DNA of 64,000 nt from a virus. The translations under genes were made by a program, and so were the position numbers. Below, one piece after another: positions 9,598 to 19,556 of this stretch; position 1 is the first letter of the stretch, and each line of letters starts with the position of its first letter. Where the stretch lies: IMG/VR virus record IMGVR_UViG_3300045988_130225, positions 32,001 to 96,000 of that record; one strand, 5' to 3'. The notes beneath the pieces are model-generated. The model did not search any database. It was not told the origin of the DNA and saw nothing but the letters and a program-made list of their open reading frames with translations.

Positions 9598-10452
9598 TTA
9601 AGATGTTCTTTGCCAAATATAACAACAAAGATATGGCTGTACAGTTGAAATAGTTTGTGTTGTTAATGTTACATCTCCGTGTGTATGTCCTTGTTCTCCA
9701 CCTGCACCTAATGTAGTTGTAATAGTACCTTTACTCCAATCATTAAACCAACCACCGTTGTTATGAATTTGAAAACCATTATTAGCCGAAATTGGAGAAA
9801 ACTCATTAGGCGCCGCAGAGTCATGTTTTACTGCTATAATACTTGTATTGCTATCCATACCATGTTGATGGTTTGGAATTTCATTTATTGTTAATACATG
9901 ATTTTGCGTTGTGTGTGCGTGAGTATAATCATTACTATACACACCGCCCAGTTTTCCTGCTTGATTAAAGCTATCTTGATTAGTGTCAACGCCTACTAAA
10001 GTTCTTCCTTGTCCTATTAACAACCAACTTCCACCAAAAAAAGTTGAAGGATTAGTAGCAACCAAAGAAAGATAAATTGAACCAACAGGATAAACATCTA
10101 AAGCACTAATACCACCAGATTTGCTACTTCCACCACCGCTTATATACATATTACTTGCTTGATTTTGTGGGTATGTGACTTTTACAATATCATTTATCTT
10201 AAAGTTTGCGACAGAGTAACTAGGAACTCTGCTATATTCTTTATTATCTATAACAACATTATATGTACCATCAGAATTTAAACTTTTAATCAAACCAGTT
10301 TTAGTAATATCTCTAGGTGCTTTATTAACTTCCTGCTTTGCAATAATTCTCATAGCTTCAAGTATTTCTTTATTTATATCCCATGTTTTAGCATCAAGGC
10401 TACTATTCCCTCGCTTAACATCGGTTCCTTTATTGTTGTATAAATTTTGCAT
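9598..10452 (-). CDS. Baseplate/tail fibre protein with collar-like domain
   Basis: 284 aa; DVYPVGSIYLSLVATNPSTFFGGSWLLIGQGRTLVGVD...YLCCYIWQRTS is a typical phage tail collar-like C-terminus. Confidence 0.75.
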   Translation of the reverse strand: MQNLYNNKGTDVKRGNSSLDAKTWDINKEILEAMRIIAKQEVNKAPRDITKTGLIKSLNSDGTYNVVIDNKEYSRVPSYSVANFKINDIVKVTYPQNQASNMYISGGGSSKSGGISALDVYPVGSIYLSLVATNPSTFFGGSWLLIGQGRTLVGVDTNQDSFNQAGKLGGVYSNDYTHAHTTQNHVLTINEIPNHQHGMDSNTSIIAVKHDSAAPNEFSPISANNGFQIHNNGGWFNDWSKGTITTTLGAGGEQGHTHGDVTLTTQTISTVQPYLCCYIWQRTS

Positions 10453-10509
10453 AATTCAATTCACTTCCTTTACCAAAACAAACAAAATCTTTATAGTAAA
10501 AGGAGAGAA

Positions 10510-13500
10510 TTAATCTCTCCTTCCACCCATCTGTAATGCTCTGTTTTTTAAATTCTTTAATTCGTCAATAAATGATTGTGCGTTGGTAACATTTGGTAAT
10601 GTAAGATTTTCAAAAGCGTAGTTATAAATAGGTGCAGACTGTCCACCCATTTTTCCTACAATACTGTTTAACCATTGTGTAGGTGAGAATTTACCAAGTT
10701 GCATAAGATTCTCAGTCAAATGATTAGGAATAATACCGTCACCCTCATTAGACCTTGAACCAAGAACTCTTAATTCTCGACCTTTTTCACCAACCATAGA
10801 TAAACCATAACCTTTTGTTGTACCGTTTGCATAAGCCCCCGGGCCATGTGAAGTATCATCTTCATACCAGTTATCACCACCAGACCCATGAGAATATTCA
10901 GGTTCTTTATCAGTCCAATGTTCTTCTGGGTCAAGTTCGTCACCAAATTCTTCATCATCATCATCATCGTAACTTTTATATCTTGTCTTAAGTGTACTCA
11001 TTATTTCATTATATCTATCTACATAATCTTGAAGATTACCAAGACGTTTCTCCCAGTTTTCACCCTCTAAACTAATGCCTAATACTTGTTCAGCAAGAAG
11101 TTTATTCTGTTCAGTTGTATAATTATCTGTAACATTTCCCCATTCATCTTTATACTTTTGCCAATACTTTATCTGTTCTTCAACTGAATTAATTGTAGCG
11201 TCACGAATATCTTCTAATCGTTTTATCTCTTTCTTGGTGTCTTGCTCTTTCTTATATTGTGTAAGAGCAGTTTTAGCTTCGTCTACAGCAGATTGGTCTG
11301 TTTCGTAAACAAAACCTTGTCCCTCTCTATATATTCTTACTTTCTTTTGTTGTGCTTTTGCTAAAGCATCTAACTTTTCTTGTAGTTCAATTTCGTCATT
11401 TGTTGCATCGTTCTTTTCGTTTATTTTGTCAATCTCAGCATCGTACTGGTCTTGAATAGCTTGTTTTCTTTCGTTAAGTGCATCAATTTCTTTTTGCGCT
11501 AATGAAGCAACATAACTAAACGCTGTTTCCAGATTAGATTGTTGTTCCTCATACCAAGCCTTTTCTTCCTCCCACTCTTCTTTACGTGCTTTCTTACGCT
11601 TTTCTGCTTCTTGCTCTGCTTTTCTTGTATTTTCTTCTTCAAGTTTATTACGTCCAGAATAAATCTCTTCTTCAATTTTCCAACGTTGCTCTGCGTATTT
11701 TTCTTCATTACTATAGAACTCTTTCATTAATTCTTCAAGTTCGTCATAGTATTCCTGTTCAGAAATCATATCCATAGCAAGTTGATGTTTTAAGAGGTTA
11801 TAACGCTCAGTATAAGCCGCATCATGGGCTTTTGTCATACCGTCTAAGGCTTTCTCATGATACTTGTTATATTCATCCTCATACCCCTCTTTATCTTTGT
11901 AGTATTTATTTGTAAGTTCTTCAAGCTGTTCATAATACCATTTATCTGTAGCGGCATTATCTTTCATTGAAGCCTTTTGTTTATCTAAAGTAGCAAGTTC
12001 TTTTTCAAATGCTTCTTTATATGCTTTAGCGTCTGCTTTTGCTTGTTTTTCTGCATCTGAGGTTGAGGATTTCTTAGAACCACCGCCACCTTTACCAGAT
12101 TTGCCACCAGATGTAGACGGTTTAAACTGTAATCCTTTTCTCAATTCCTCTAAAAGTTTTTGATTTTGTTGATTACGGTAAGCTTGAACTTGTGCGTCAA
12201 ATCCTTCTGAGTAAGATTGAACACCAACACCGCTACTGCCTGTTCTAGCTTTTGGTGCGGCACCAGATACAGCATCTAAACTAGAAGCAAATTGTAAAAT
12301 TCCTTGCGCTCCTTGTGCAAATTGGTTACCTGTTGTTATAGCCGTATTACCAATCGTTGTTAAATAAGGATTTGCTTGTGAACTTGCTGTTCCCACTTGT
12401 TGAATAGAAGTTCCTAAATTATCAGAACCTTGTTTCCCTATTTCTGCGTTTGTGCCAACTTTTTGCTCACTTTCACTAAAAGTATCTAATCCTTGTGAAC
12501 TAGAAATAGCAGAAATCCCACTTTCAGTAAAGCTTTGTGCCATTGACATTAAAGAAGCATCGTTAACAACTAATTGACCATTTACCATTTGTAAAGAATT
12601 AAGATATTCTGGGTTTAAAGATAATAAATCAGCCATTGTATCTATTGTAACACTACCAGTTTTATTGTATTCGTCTGCTACTTCATGTAAAGTATCATAA
12701 GCGTCTTGAACACCTTTTAATTCTGATGTAAGACTTTTAATAGCTTCTTCAAATTCTTCTGTTTGAGAAGCGGCTTCACCTGCATCTTCACCATATTGAT
12801 TTACGCCATCAGCGGCTTCTTTTGCTTTATCACCATTATCTTGTAATTCAATTCCTAATGCTTTTGCAAAATCTGGAAATTGCGTAGCAACAACTTCATC
12901 TAATGCTTCTTTAAATAACGGAATCTGCGAATTATTTTTAAGCAACGCATTGTATACACTTTCAAAAGAACTAAGACTATCATATTGAGTATTTATAAAA
13001 GATTGCGTCTTTTTATCAACATCAACCGTTGCATCAGCGGCTTCTCTTGTAAGTGTAGCAGTTTTATTATATTTATCCTCTAATTCAACAAGAGTATTAC
13101 TTAAGAACGCTAAAGTTTGCTGATGTAATTTTGTTTGATTATCTTCTTGTTGCATTGCGGTAATAGTAGTGTTTAAATCCGCTATTAATTCTTTATAACC
13201 ACCTGCCGCTTCATAAACGCCTTCACCCAAACTCTTTGTATATTTATTATAAAACGCCTTAAAAGATTCACTGGATTCAGTATCAGAGGTAAATTTCAAA
13301 GGAATATAAAACGAAGTTCTATTTAACATATCCTGTGTTGCTTTTTGCGCTTTCTGAATTTCAGCTTGATTTCTGTTCAAAAAATCTTGTGATTTTTCAG
13401 CATTTTCTTTACTAAGTAAATCTAAACCTTCTGCTCTTGTTCCGTTCAAATTTGATAGTGCTTCTTCTTCAACACCATAAGCCTTAGCAAGTTTGGAAAT

Positions 13501-15174
13501 TGTAGATTTCAATTTCTGCTTATCTTCATCTTCGTTGCTTGCGGCATCTTTAGCATTAATATATTCAAGTCTTAAATTATAAAGATTTTTTCTTTCATCT
13601 TCAAAACTACTACCTGCTTGTTCTGCGGCTCTTCTTGCGTTTTCTTGTTGAGTATTATAATAACCATAAGCGGCTACAAGTCCAGTAACAACAAGTGATA
13701 CTGCACCTAAACTTGCAGTTAATAAACTACCTGCACCTGCCATAGCCGTAAATCCTTGTGCTAAAGAACCTGTAGCGGCATAAGCATAATCAAATTTAGC
13801 AATCATGTCTAAAACATTTGTAGATATTTTTGCTATCATTTCTGGTACTTTATGTCCATTAAGAGTAATAAAAGCACCTGTAATAGCAGTAAGTACAGTG
13901 GGCATACCGCCTAAATCATTAATAAGTTTTAATACTTGCGTACCAAATTCTACAAGGCGTTTTACACTATCTGAAGAAATACCCTCAGTCCAAAACTTTT
14001 CTAATTCAGATGTGAACTGAGATACTTTACCTTGAATAGAATCAAGATAACGTGCGTTTTCTTTAAGTGCTGAACCTTGGGAGTCTAAAGCTATTTTATA
14101 AGCTTCTGTAGCCGAATTAAGGTTTAGCATAACCGAGTTAAATACAGAAAATTGGTTCTTACCTGCCAACGCCAAACCCAGTGATTGCTTTTCAGCTTGT
14201 GACATATCATCCCAACTGGATTTTAAATCTTGAAAAACTTGATATGTACTTTTCATTTCTCCTGTAGATTTATCAAATAAATCTATGGATTTTGTCACAC
14301 CTTGTACTTTAAAACTTAATTCACCTGCTTCATTAGCGGCTTTTGCTATATTGTTTCCTATTGTAGTTAATCCCCTTGCAACCTGTGCGCTTCTTCCTGT
14401 AAGTATTTCTGTACCTGAGGTGATTAACGCTATAGATTGCTCAAAATCGTTGCCTAATACGGAAAGACCTGCACCTGCTACAGTAAGACCTTTTGCTAAA
14501 TCATTAGTTCCAACAGCCATGTTATTAGCAACCTCATTAGTGACATCTATGATATGTTGAGCATCTTCCGCTGTCATATTAAATGCTTTCATCTGAGAGT
14601 TCACAAAACTTGCACTATCTCCTGCTGAAATTGCAGTATCCGCAATATTCTGGAACATAGTTGCTACTTTTCCTAATTGTAAACTTTCTTGGTCTGAATA
14701 ACCCATTTTCTTGAACTGAGTTCCTGCTTCTATAAATTCAGTAGCACTTTTTCCTACTTCAAGACCCATTTCTCTTGCTGTGCTTACAAAACTTTTCATT
14801 CCCTCGTCTGTTAAATCAGACACTTTCTTATATTCAGTAACAGCCGCATCTAATTCCCTAACAGCATCTACACCTTCCATTAACGATTGTCTTAACTCAT
14901 TAATAACAAGTGTTACACCACCAAACTTAGACACCTTAGTAAATATATCACCAATACTTTGAGAAGTTTTTTCTGCACTTGTAGATGTATCATCAAATCC
15001 AACTTTTAATCCTTTAAGTCCACTTAACGCATCGTTAAGTTTACTTGTATCAACATCAATGCCAACTTTCATAGTTGCATATTTTTGACTTATCTTATCT
15101 AATTGTGCTTGAATATTTTTTGCGTCCAATACTGCGTTTACAAGTATTTGAAAATCTCTACTATTCAATGCCAT
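10510..15174 (-). CDS. Phage tail tape measure protein
   Basis: 1554 aa; ALDKISQKYATMKVGIDVDTSKLNDAL... AVTEYKKVSDLTDEGMKSFVSTAREMGLEVGKSATEFIEAGTQF; hydrophobic segments and coiled coils; ends MVGEKGRELRVLG. Confidence 0.93.
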   Translation of the reverse strand: MALNSRDFQILVNAVLDAKNIQAQLDKISQKYATMKVGIDVDTSKLNDALSGLKGLKVGFDDTSTSAEKTSQSIGDIFTKVSKFGGVTLVINELRQSLMEGVDAVRELDAAVTEYKKVSDLTDEGMKSFVSTAREMGLEVGKSATEFIEAGTQFKKMGYSDQESLQLGKVATMFQNIADTAISAGDSASFVNSQMKAFNMTAEDAQHIIDVTNEVANNMAVGTNDLAKGLTVAGAGLSVLGNDFEQSIALITSGTEILTGRSAQVARGLTTIGNNIAKAANEAGELSFKVQGVTKSIDLFDKSTGEMKSTYQVFQDLKSSWDDMSQAEKQSLGLALAGKNQFSVFNSVMLNLNSATEAYKIALDSQGSALKENARYLDSIQGKVSQFTSELEKFWTEGISSDSVKRLVEFGTQVLKLINDLGGMPTVLTAITGAFITLNGHKVPEMIAKISTNVLDMIAKFDYAYAATGSLAQGFTAMAGAGSLLTASLGAVSLVVTGLVAAYGYYNTQQENARRAAEQAGSSFEDERKNLYNLRLEYINAKDAASNEDEDKQKLKSTISKLAKAYGVEEEALSNLNGTRAEGLDLLSKENAEKSQDFLNRNQAEIQKAQKATQDMLNRTSFYIPLKFTSDTESSESFKAFYNKYTKSLGEGVYEAAGGYKELIADLNTTITAMQQEDNQTKLHQQTLAFLSNTLVELEDKYNKTATLTREAADATVDVDKKTQSFINTQYDSLSSFESVYNALLKNNSQIPLFKEALDEVVATQFPDFAKALGIELQDNGDKAKEAADGVNQYGEDAGEAASQTEEFEEAIKSLTSELKGVQDAYDTLHEVADEYNKTGSVTIDTMADLLSLNPEYLNSLQMVNGQLVVNDASLMSMAQSFTESGISAISSSQGLDTFSESEQKVGTNAEIGKQGSDNLGTSIQQVGTASSQANPYLTTIGNTAITTGNQFAQGAQGILQFASSLDAVSGAAPKARTGSSGVGVQSYSEGFDAQVQAYRNQQNQKLLEELRKGLQFKPSTSGGKSGKGGGGSKKSSTSDAEKQAKADAKAYKEAFEKELATLDKQKASMKDNAATDKWYYEQLEELTNKYYKDKEGYEDEYNKYHEKALDGMTKAHDAAYTERYNLLKHQLAMDMISEQEYYDELEELMKEFYSNEEKYAEQRWKIEEEIYSGRNKLEEENTRKAEQEAEKRKKARKEEWEEEKAWYEEQQSNLETAFSYVASLAQKEIDALNERKQAIQDQYDAEIDKINEKNDATNDEIELQEKLDALAKAQQKKVRIYREGQGFVYETDQSAVDEAKTALTQYKKEQDTKKEIKRLEDIRDATINSVEEQIKYWQKYKDEWGNVTDNYTTEQNKLLAEQVLGISLEGENWEKRLGNLQDYVDRYNEIMSTLKTRYKSYDDDDDEEFGDELDPEEHWTDKEPEYSHGSGGDNWYEDDTSHGPGAYANGTTKGYGLSMVGEKGRELRVLGSRSNEGDGIIPNHLTENLMQLGKFSPTQWLNSIVGKMGGQSAPIYNYAFENLTLPNVTNAQSFIDELKNLKNRALQMGGRRD

Positions 15175-15177
15175 TAT

Positions 15178-15762
15178 TTACATGCACCTACCTTTCTTGG
15201 CGTTTATATTTGGCTTCTTACCAAATCCCTTACTTATTTCAGTAGGTTTAATCTGTGACCATGCTATTCCAATAGCATCTCCAATATCATCATCATTTTT
15301 CACGCTTTTAGGTTTATCTAAATCATAAAACAATTCCAACCCAAAAATATGATTGACTTTTTCTATAGTTTTCCATTTCATTACTGGGCGTTTAGTTCCA
15401 TCTCTAGTACCATCATAAACACCCAAATCACTACGCCATTTACTAGGCATAAGAAATTCTATTTTTACATTATGTACTGCACAAACACCTAATACAATTC
15501 CTTGTAACACTGATAATTGTTTTACTGTTTGTACATTATTACCACATTCACCACTTAAAATTGTATCTTCACAATAAATAAAAAATGGGGAATAAGTGTC
15601 CAATAGCGTGGATAACTCATTCCCCATATATATACAACGTTCTCTCCAAGCTATCTCTTGCTTCTGTTTCCAAACGCCAAATTTAATCAATTTACCATTT
15701 TTAAAAACTGAATATCCAGAACTTTTCGTTGACATATCCAGTCCAATTACAACATTTTCCAT
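15178..15762 (-). CDS. RuvC-like Holliday junction resolvase
   Basis: 194 aa; VIGLDMSTKSSGYSVF, FIYCEDTI, KNDDDIGDAIGIAW: RNase H/RuvC-fold acidic residues. Confidence 0.75.
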   Translation of the reverse strand: MENVVIGLDMSTKSSGYSVFKNGKLIKFGVWKQKQEIAWRERCIYMGNELSTLLDTYSPFFIYCEDTILSGECGNNVQTVKQLSVLQGIVLGVCAVHNVKIEFLMPSKWRSDLGVYDGTRDGTKRPVMKWKTIEKVNHIFGLELFYDLDKPKSVKNDDDIGDAIGIAWSQIKPTEISKGFGKKPNINAKKGRCM

Positions 15763-15782
15763 ATAATCCTCTTTTCCAAATT

Positions 15783-16292
15783 TTACCAGAAAGAGGATAT
15801 ATTTTTGCCTCTTCCTACACTTCTACACTGTATTCCTTGTTTTTGCATACCCTCAATGAACCATTTCTTTAATTCGCCTTTGTTCAACTGTTCAATTAGT
15901 GGTGTCCAAGCATCTCTTGGTTTGCACCACCAACCGTATCCAAACAAATCACCACCAAGACCTTGATATATAATTCCAGTTAATTCATCTCTTACATCAC
16001 CATAAGTAGTATATAAACTACCATGCTGAAACATTTCTGGATTATAAGACATAAAAGTAGGGTCTTGAGATAAAATCCCAGACCCACCTTTGCTTGTTTT
16101 TTGTGAATTTGTTTGCCAACTTTCCAGAAACTCATATGTTCTTTCATACTCTTCTGGCATATGTGTATATACAATCTGATTGATTAATTCTTTGTATTTT
16201 ATAATCATTTGTTGCATTACATATTCAACAGCTTTAAAAACTGGTTCATTGTACAAGGAATAAAACTCAGCTACATTTTTAGCATAAGCCAT
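15783..16292 (-). CDS. Hypothetical tail-module protein
   Basis: 169-aa ORF between chaperone-like gene and resolvase. Confidence 0.6.
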   Translation of the reverse strand: MAYAKNVAEFYSLYNEPVFKAVEYVMQQMIIKYKELINQIVYTHMPEEYERTYEFLESWQTNSQKTSKGGSGILSQDPTFMSYNPEMFQHGSLYTTYGDVRDELTGIIYQGLGGDLFGYGWWCKPRDAWTPLIEQLNKGELKKWFIEGMQKQGIQCRSVGRGKNISSFW

Positions 16293-16301
16293 TTTACTTT
16301 A

Positions 16302-16751
16302 TCACTTCTTTCCAAACGCTTCAACCAACTTTTTACTGTCTGCTAACATATCCTCAATCTGCTTATTATTAGGCATTTTCTTAGCATATTTATCTAAAGT
16401 CTTATTCAACTGTTCTAAAAATTTATTTACATTAGTTCTGATTGATAATTCATCTTCTACATAATCGTCAATTTCACTAACGTTAAACACATCAAAATTC
16501 ACAGTTTCAATAATTCCAGATTTAACAAGCATATCATAATCTTTAGCAATTTCCTCTGGAATATCAGTCATTAACTTAACAAGCATTGTATTTTTAATAA
16601 CATTTCTCTCAACAGCATTTGAACACTTTAACATATTATTTCCAATAAGTTCAACCTGTTCTGGTGTTAAATAGTGTTTTACTGTATATTTTTCACCTTT
16701 TTTGTCCTCGGTATAAGGAATTGTTATCACTTTTTCTTCTAAATTAATCAT
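16302..16751 (-). CDS. Putative tail assembly chaperone-like protein
   Basis: 149 aa (MINLEEKVITIPYTEDKKGEKYTVKHYLTPEQVELIG), positional. Confidence 0.45.
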   Translation of the reverse strand: MINLEEKVITIPYTEDKKGEKYTVKHYLTPEQVELIGNNMLKCSNAVERNVIKNTMLVKLMTDIPEEIAKDYDMLVKSGIIETVNFDVFNVSEIDDYVEDELSIRTNVNKFLEQLNKTLDKYAKKMPNNKQIEDMLADSKKLVEAFGKK

Positions 16752-16878
16752 TTTATTCCATTCCTTTCGTTTTATTCCATAATCTATGTACAAGGGTGTA
16801 ACGAAACGTGACACCCTTTCAAAAAGTTTACCCTACCAATTTATCATACAATCCATTCAAGCCAATGTCGCCCTATTT

Positions 16879-17148
16879 TTACTTATCAGTAACCACTTTC
16901 TTTGCAACTTGGTCTACCCATGTAGAAGCCATTCCAGACACAATACCAATAGCAACAGCCGTCATAATATCGTCAGCAGGAAAATCAACCATATATCTAT
17001 AACCTAAAACACCTGCAATTCCACCAATCAATCCAACAATCGGCAAAATTTTATTATTATCTAACTTAGTATAATTTTTAACAAACTGTCCTGCAAGATA
17101 AGCAATAACTACAATTACAGGTACACTTACAATTCCGAAATCTGGCAT
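16879..17148 (-). CDS. Phage holin family protein
   Basis: 89 aa, three hydrophobic segments (VPVIVVIAYLAGQFVK, ILPIVGLIGGIAGVLGY, IMTAVAIGIVSGMASTW). Confidence 0.75.
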   Translation of the reverse strand: MPDFGIVSVPVIVVIAYLAGQFVKNYTKLDNNKILPIVGLIGGIAGVLGYRYMVDFPADDIMTAVAIGIVSGMASTWVDQVAKKVVTDK

Positions 17149-17163
17149 AATATCAAGTCCTTT

Positions 17164-17544
17164 CTATTTGAATCCGTATTTAGTTGCTAATATATATCCT
17201 ACAAAAGATATTGCAATAATTATTGTGGGAAAATTTTTCTTTATGTATTCCATAATATTAAAATTGGATTCTTCTTTAATTTTATTAAAATCCGTTTTAA
17301 TATCGTTTACTTGAAGTTTAACGTCTGAAACGTCACTTTGTAAAGAAATCATTGTAATTTTAATATCTTGAATAGTTTCATTTAAAGCAGTATTAGTTTT
17401 TACAACTTGTTCTGATAATTGCTGAATAAATTTATGACTTTCTTGAAGTCTGGTAATATCTTGTGTATGTTCATCTACTTTTAACTTAACTTCTCTTAAA
17501 TCCTCTTTAATTTCATGTGCTGTCATATCTTCCACAAATCTCAC
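17164..17544 (-). CDS. Coiled-coil protein with C-terminal transmembrane helix (XhlA/lysis-accessory-like)
   Basis: 126 aa; heptad-rich N-terminus and IIIAISFVGYILATKYGFK C-terminus, next to holin. Confidence 0.6.
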   Translation of the reverse strand: MRFVEDMTAHEIKEDLREVKLKVDEHTQDITRLQESHKFIQQLSEQVVKTNTALNETIQDIKITMISLQSDVSDVKLQVNDIKTDFNKIKEESNFNIMEYIKKNFPTIIIAISFVGYILATKYGFK

Positions 17545-17602
17545 CTACTTTACCATAAAATACCCTTCTTTCTTTTTTATCCGTCCATTCATTTCATTCC
17601 AA

Positions 17603-17977
17603 TTAATCACCACAAAGGTTAGCAAATACAATACCAGTAATTGCTCTCAAATCAGCCTTATTCAAAGTTCCAATATAGTTCTTAAACCTTGACTTATCCA
17701 CAGCACGAATTTGTTCAGCACAAGCAACGCTATCATCTACAAGAAATTTATTTTTTTCTTTAGATAATGTATAGTGTGTAAGCAAATCTTCTCTTTTAAC
17801 TTTAGAAGTTAAAGGTACTATGATTATGGTAGGGCTATAAAAATTTCCAGTATCATTCTGTAAAATTAATACTGGTCTTACTCCGCCTTGTTCTGAACCT
17901 TGGGTATTCCTTAAATCAGCATAATAAACTTCCCCTCTTTTGAATGTTCTTGCGTTATTGTTTATTGTTGTAAACAT
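17603..17977 (-). CDS. MazF/PemK-family endoribonuclease toxin-like protein
   Basis: 124 aa; FKRGEVYYADLRNTQGSEQGGVRPVLILQNDTGNFYSPTIIIVPLTSK, a classic MazF/PemK N-terminus. Confidence 0.9.
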   Translation of the reverse strand: MFTTINNNARTFKRGEVYYADLRNTQGSEQGGVRPVLILQNDTGNFYSPTIIIVPLTSKVKREDLLTHYTLSKEKNKFLVDDSVACAEQIRAVDKSRFKNYIGTLNKADLRAITGIVFANLCGD

Positions 17978-18025
17978 ATTCAGTTCTCCTTATGTACTAT
18001 ATTTTTATATAACTTTCATATAATA

Positions 18026-18054
18026 TATATAGCACTTTTTATTTACAAAGTCAA
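18026..18054 (-). promoter_or_regulatory. sigma70/sigmaA-type promoter upstream of mazF-like gene
   Basis: Minus strand TTGACT-17 nt-TATATA. Confidence 0.7.
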
Positions 18055-18059
18055 TACTT

Positions 18060-18407
18060 TTATTTACCATAACCCTTATTTTTATTAATACCATACCCAT
18101 TTTTTGTCTTATATAAAGTAACATATTTAGGTACAAAATTAAAAGGATTTTTCAATGTAATCACCATATTGTTCTCAACTTCAATATACAATTCGCCTTT
18201 CTTTTCAAAACGAACCCTTGAAGCCTTTTCTGGAACAATATATTCACTTTTTAACCTACAAGTATCTTGACTTGGTAATGGTTTCCAACAATCTGATATA
18301 TTGCACCAACGAACAAAAGGACAAATATTACCATTTTGTCTTTTACATAAAACCCTATTTCTATTATCTATTTTGCCAATATATGAATCTGGACACAAAA
18401 TAATCAC
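18060..18407 (-). CDS. Hypothetical cysteine-containing protein
   Basis: 115-aa ORF. Confidence 0.55.
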   Translation of the reverse strand: MIILCPDSYIGKIDNRNRVLCKRQNGNICPFVRWCNISDCWKPLPSQDTCRLKSEYIVPEKASRVRFEKKGELYIEVENNMVITLKNPFNFVPKYVTLYKTKNGYGINKNKGYGK

Positions 18408-18489
18408 TTCCTTTACAGCAAAATTTAAAATATGTAAAATGCGTAGAGCATATCACCCTACGCATATAGATACAAGCCAGTAACAGAGA

Positions 18490-19536
18490 TTAACCGACAG
18501 TTACGTTAGCATAGCCTTCAACTGCTTGATTCTTAGTAAGAACAGCGTGGATAGTGGTTGTACCAGTTGCTACGCCCTCTACCTCACCAGTTGCGTCATC
18601 TACTTTAGCTGTACCAACAGCACCACTTGTAAAAGTAACAGCAGTTGGGTCTACTAACTTAGGCAGAGCATTTCTGATAAGAGCATAAACCTTAATGGTT
18701 TCTTTCTCAGCTACTTGTAAATCAATATCAGCCGGAGTTAAAGCTAATGCGTAAGCATCATTTTCCCACTGAGCAGTGGACAGAATTTCCTTAATAGTAC
18801 CATAAATAGCTTCGTCACTACAACTAGAGGTTTCAGCAGAAGCCAGAGCAGAACCATTAAGAGGTGTGTTAGCCGCACCAGTCATACTCATAGAAATCTC
18901 CTGTGAACCGTTTAACATTAAACGTGGAATATCAATCTGAACCTCACCGACCTTAGTAGTAGAAGCTTCATTTGGATTAGTGCTACTACCTGCAAACAAA
19001 GTACCAGTCATTACAGCATGTACAGTAGCAGGAATAAAGTTAGCACCTACTGTAAGCACTCTCATGGAATCATTGTTTACTATATACTTAACGCAATAAA
19101 CATCACCAGACATAGCACCTGCGACAGTGATAATCTTGTTGTTGAAAGTACCCTTAGTCCATGTAGAATCATTAGGTTTCTTATACCAACCAATAGTACC
19201 AAAATTACCAAATGCTACAGGAATACCTGCTACAGTAATCTGTCCTGCATCTGTTACAGTAACTTCCTCAACAGTTAAAGCACTGCCACCAATCGCAATA
19301 TCAGAACCAATGTTCTTTGCGATAAATTCAAGACGGAACATTACATCAGTAAGAGTTACGTCCATTGTGGAAGAATGTGCGTATTTACCATACAGTTTTG
19401 CACCTTGTCCACCACGAATATCTTCAAGAGATACATCAAAACTAAAAGTAGAATCTGTTAAAGTTTTTGCAGTAGCAAACAGTTCATCACCTACAAAAAG
19501 GTCAACATTTGCTACACCGGCTAAAAAAGCATCCAT
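18490..19536 (-). CDS. Major tail tube protein with C-terminal BIG2/Ig-like domain
   Basis: 348 aa; C-terminus AVTFTSGAVGTAKVDDATGEVEGVATGTTTIHAVLTKNQAVEGYANVTVG (BIG2-like). Confidence 0.75.
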   Translation of the reverse strand: MDAFLAGVANVDLFVGDELFATAKTLTDSTFSFDVSLEDIRGGQGAKLYGKYAHSSTMDVTLTDVMFRLEFIAKNIGSDIAIGGSALTVEEVTVTDAGQITVAGIPVAFGNFGTIGWYKKPNDSTWTKGTFNNKIITVAGAMSGDVYCVKYIVNNDSMRVLTVGANFIPATVHAVMTGTLFAGSSTNPNEASTTKVGEVQIDIPRLMLNGSQEISMSMTGAANTPLNGSALASAETSSCSDEAIYGTIKEILSTAQWENDAYALALTPADIDLQVAEKETIKVYALIRNALPKLVDPTAVTFTSGAVGTAKVDDATGEVEGVATGTTTIHAVLTKNQAVEGYANVTVG

Positions 19537-19556
19537 TATATTACTCCTTTCATATT

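Noticed and set aside
10770-14962. Various short ORFs inside the tape measure gene on both strands
   Set aside because: Overlap a long convincing CDS; low-complexity translations; by-products of AT-rich DNA.
16292-16302. Programmed frameshift between tail assembly chaperone-like genes
   Set aside because: Genes at 16302-16751 and 15783-16292 are separated by a short gap with independent start; no slippery sequence identified.
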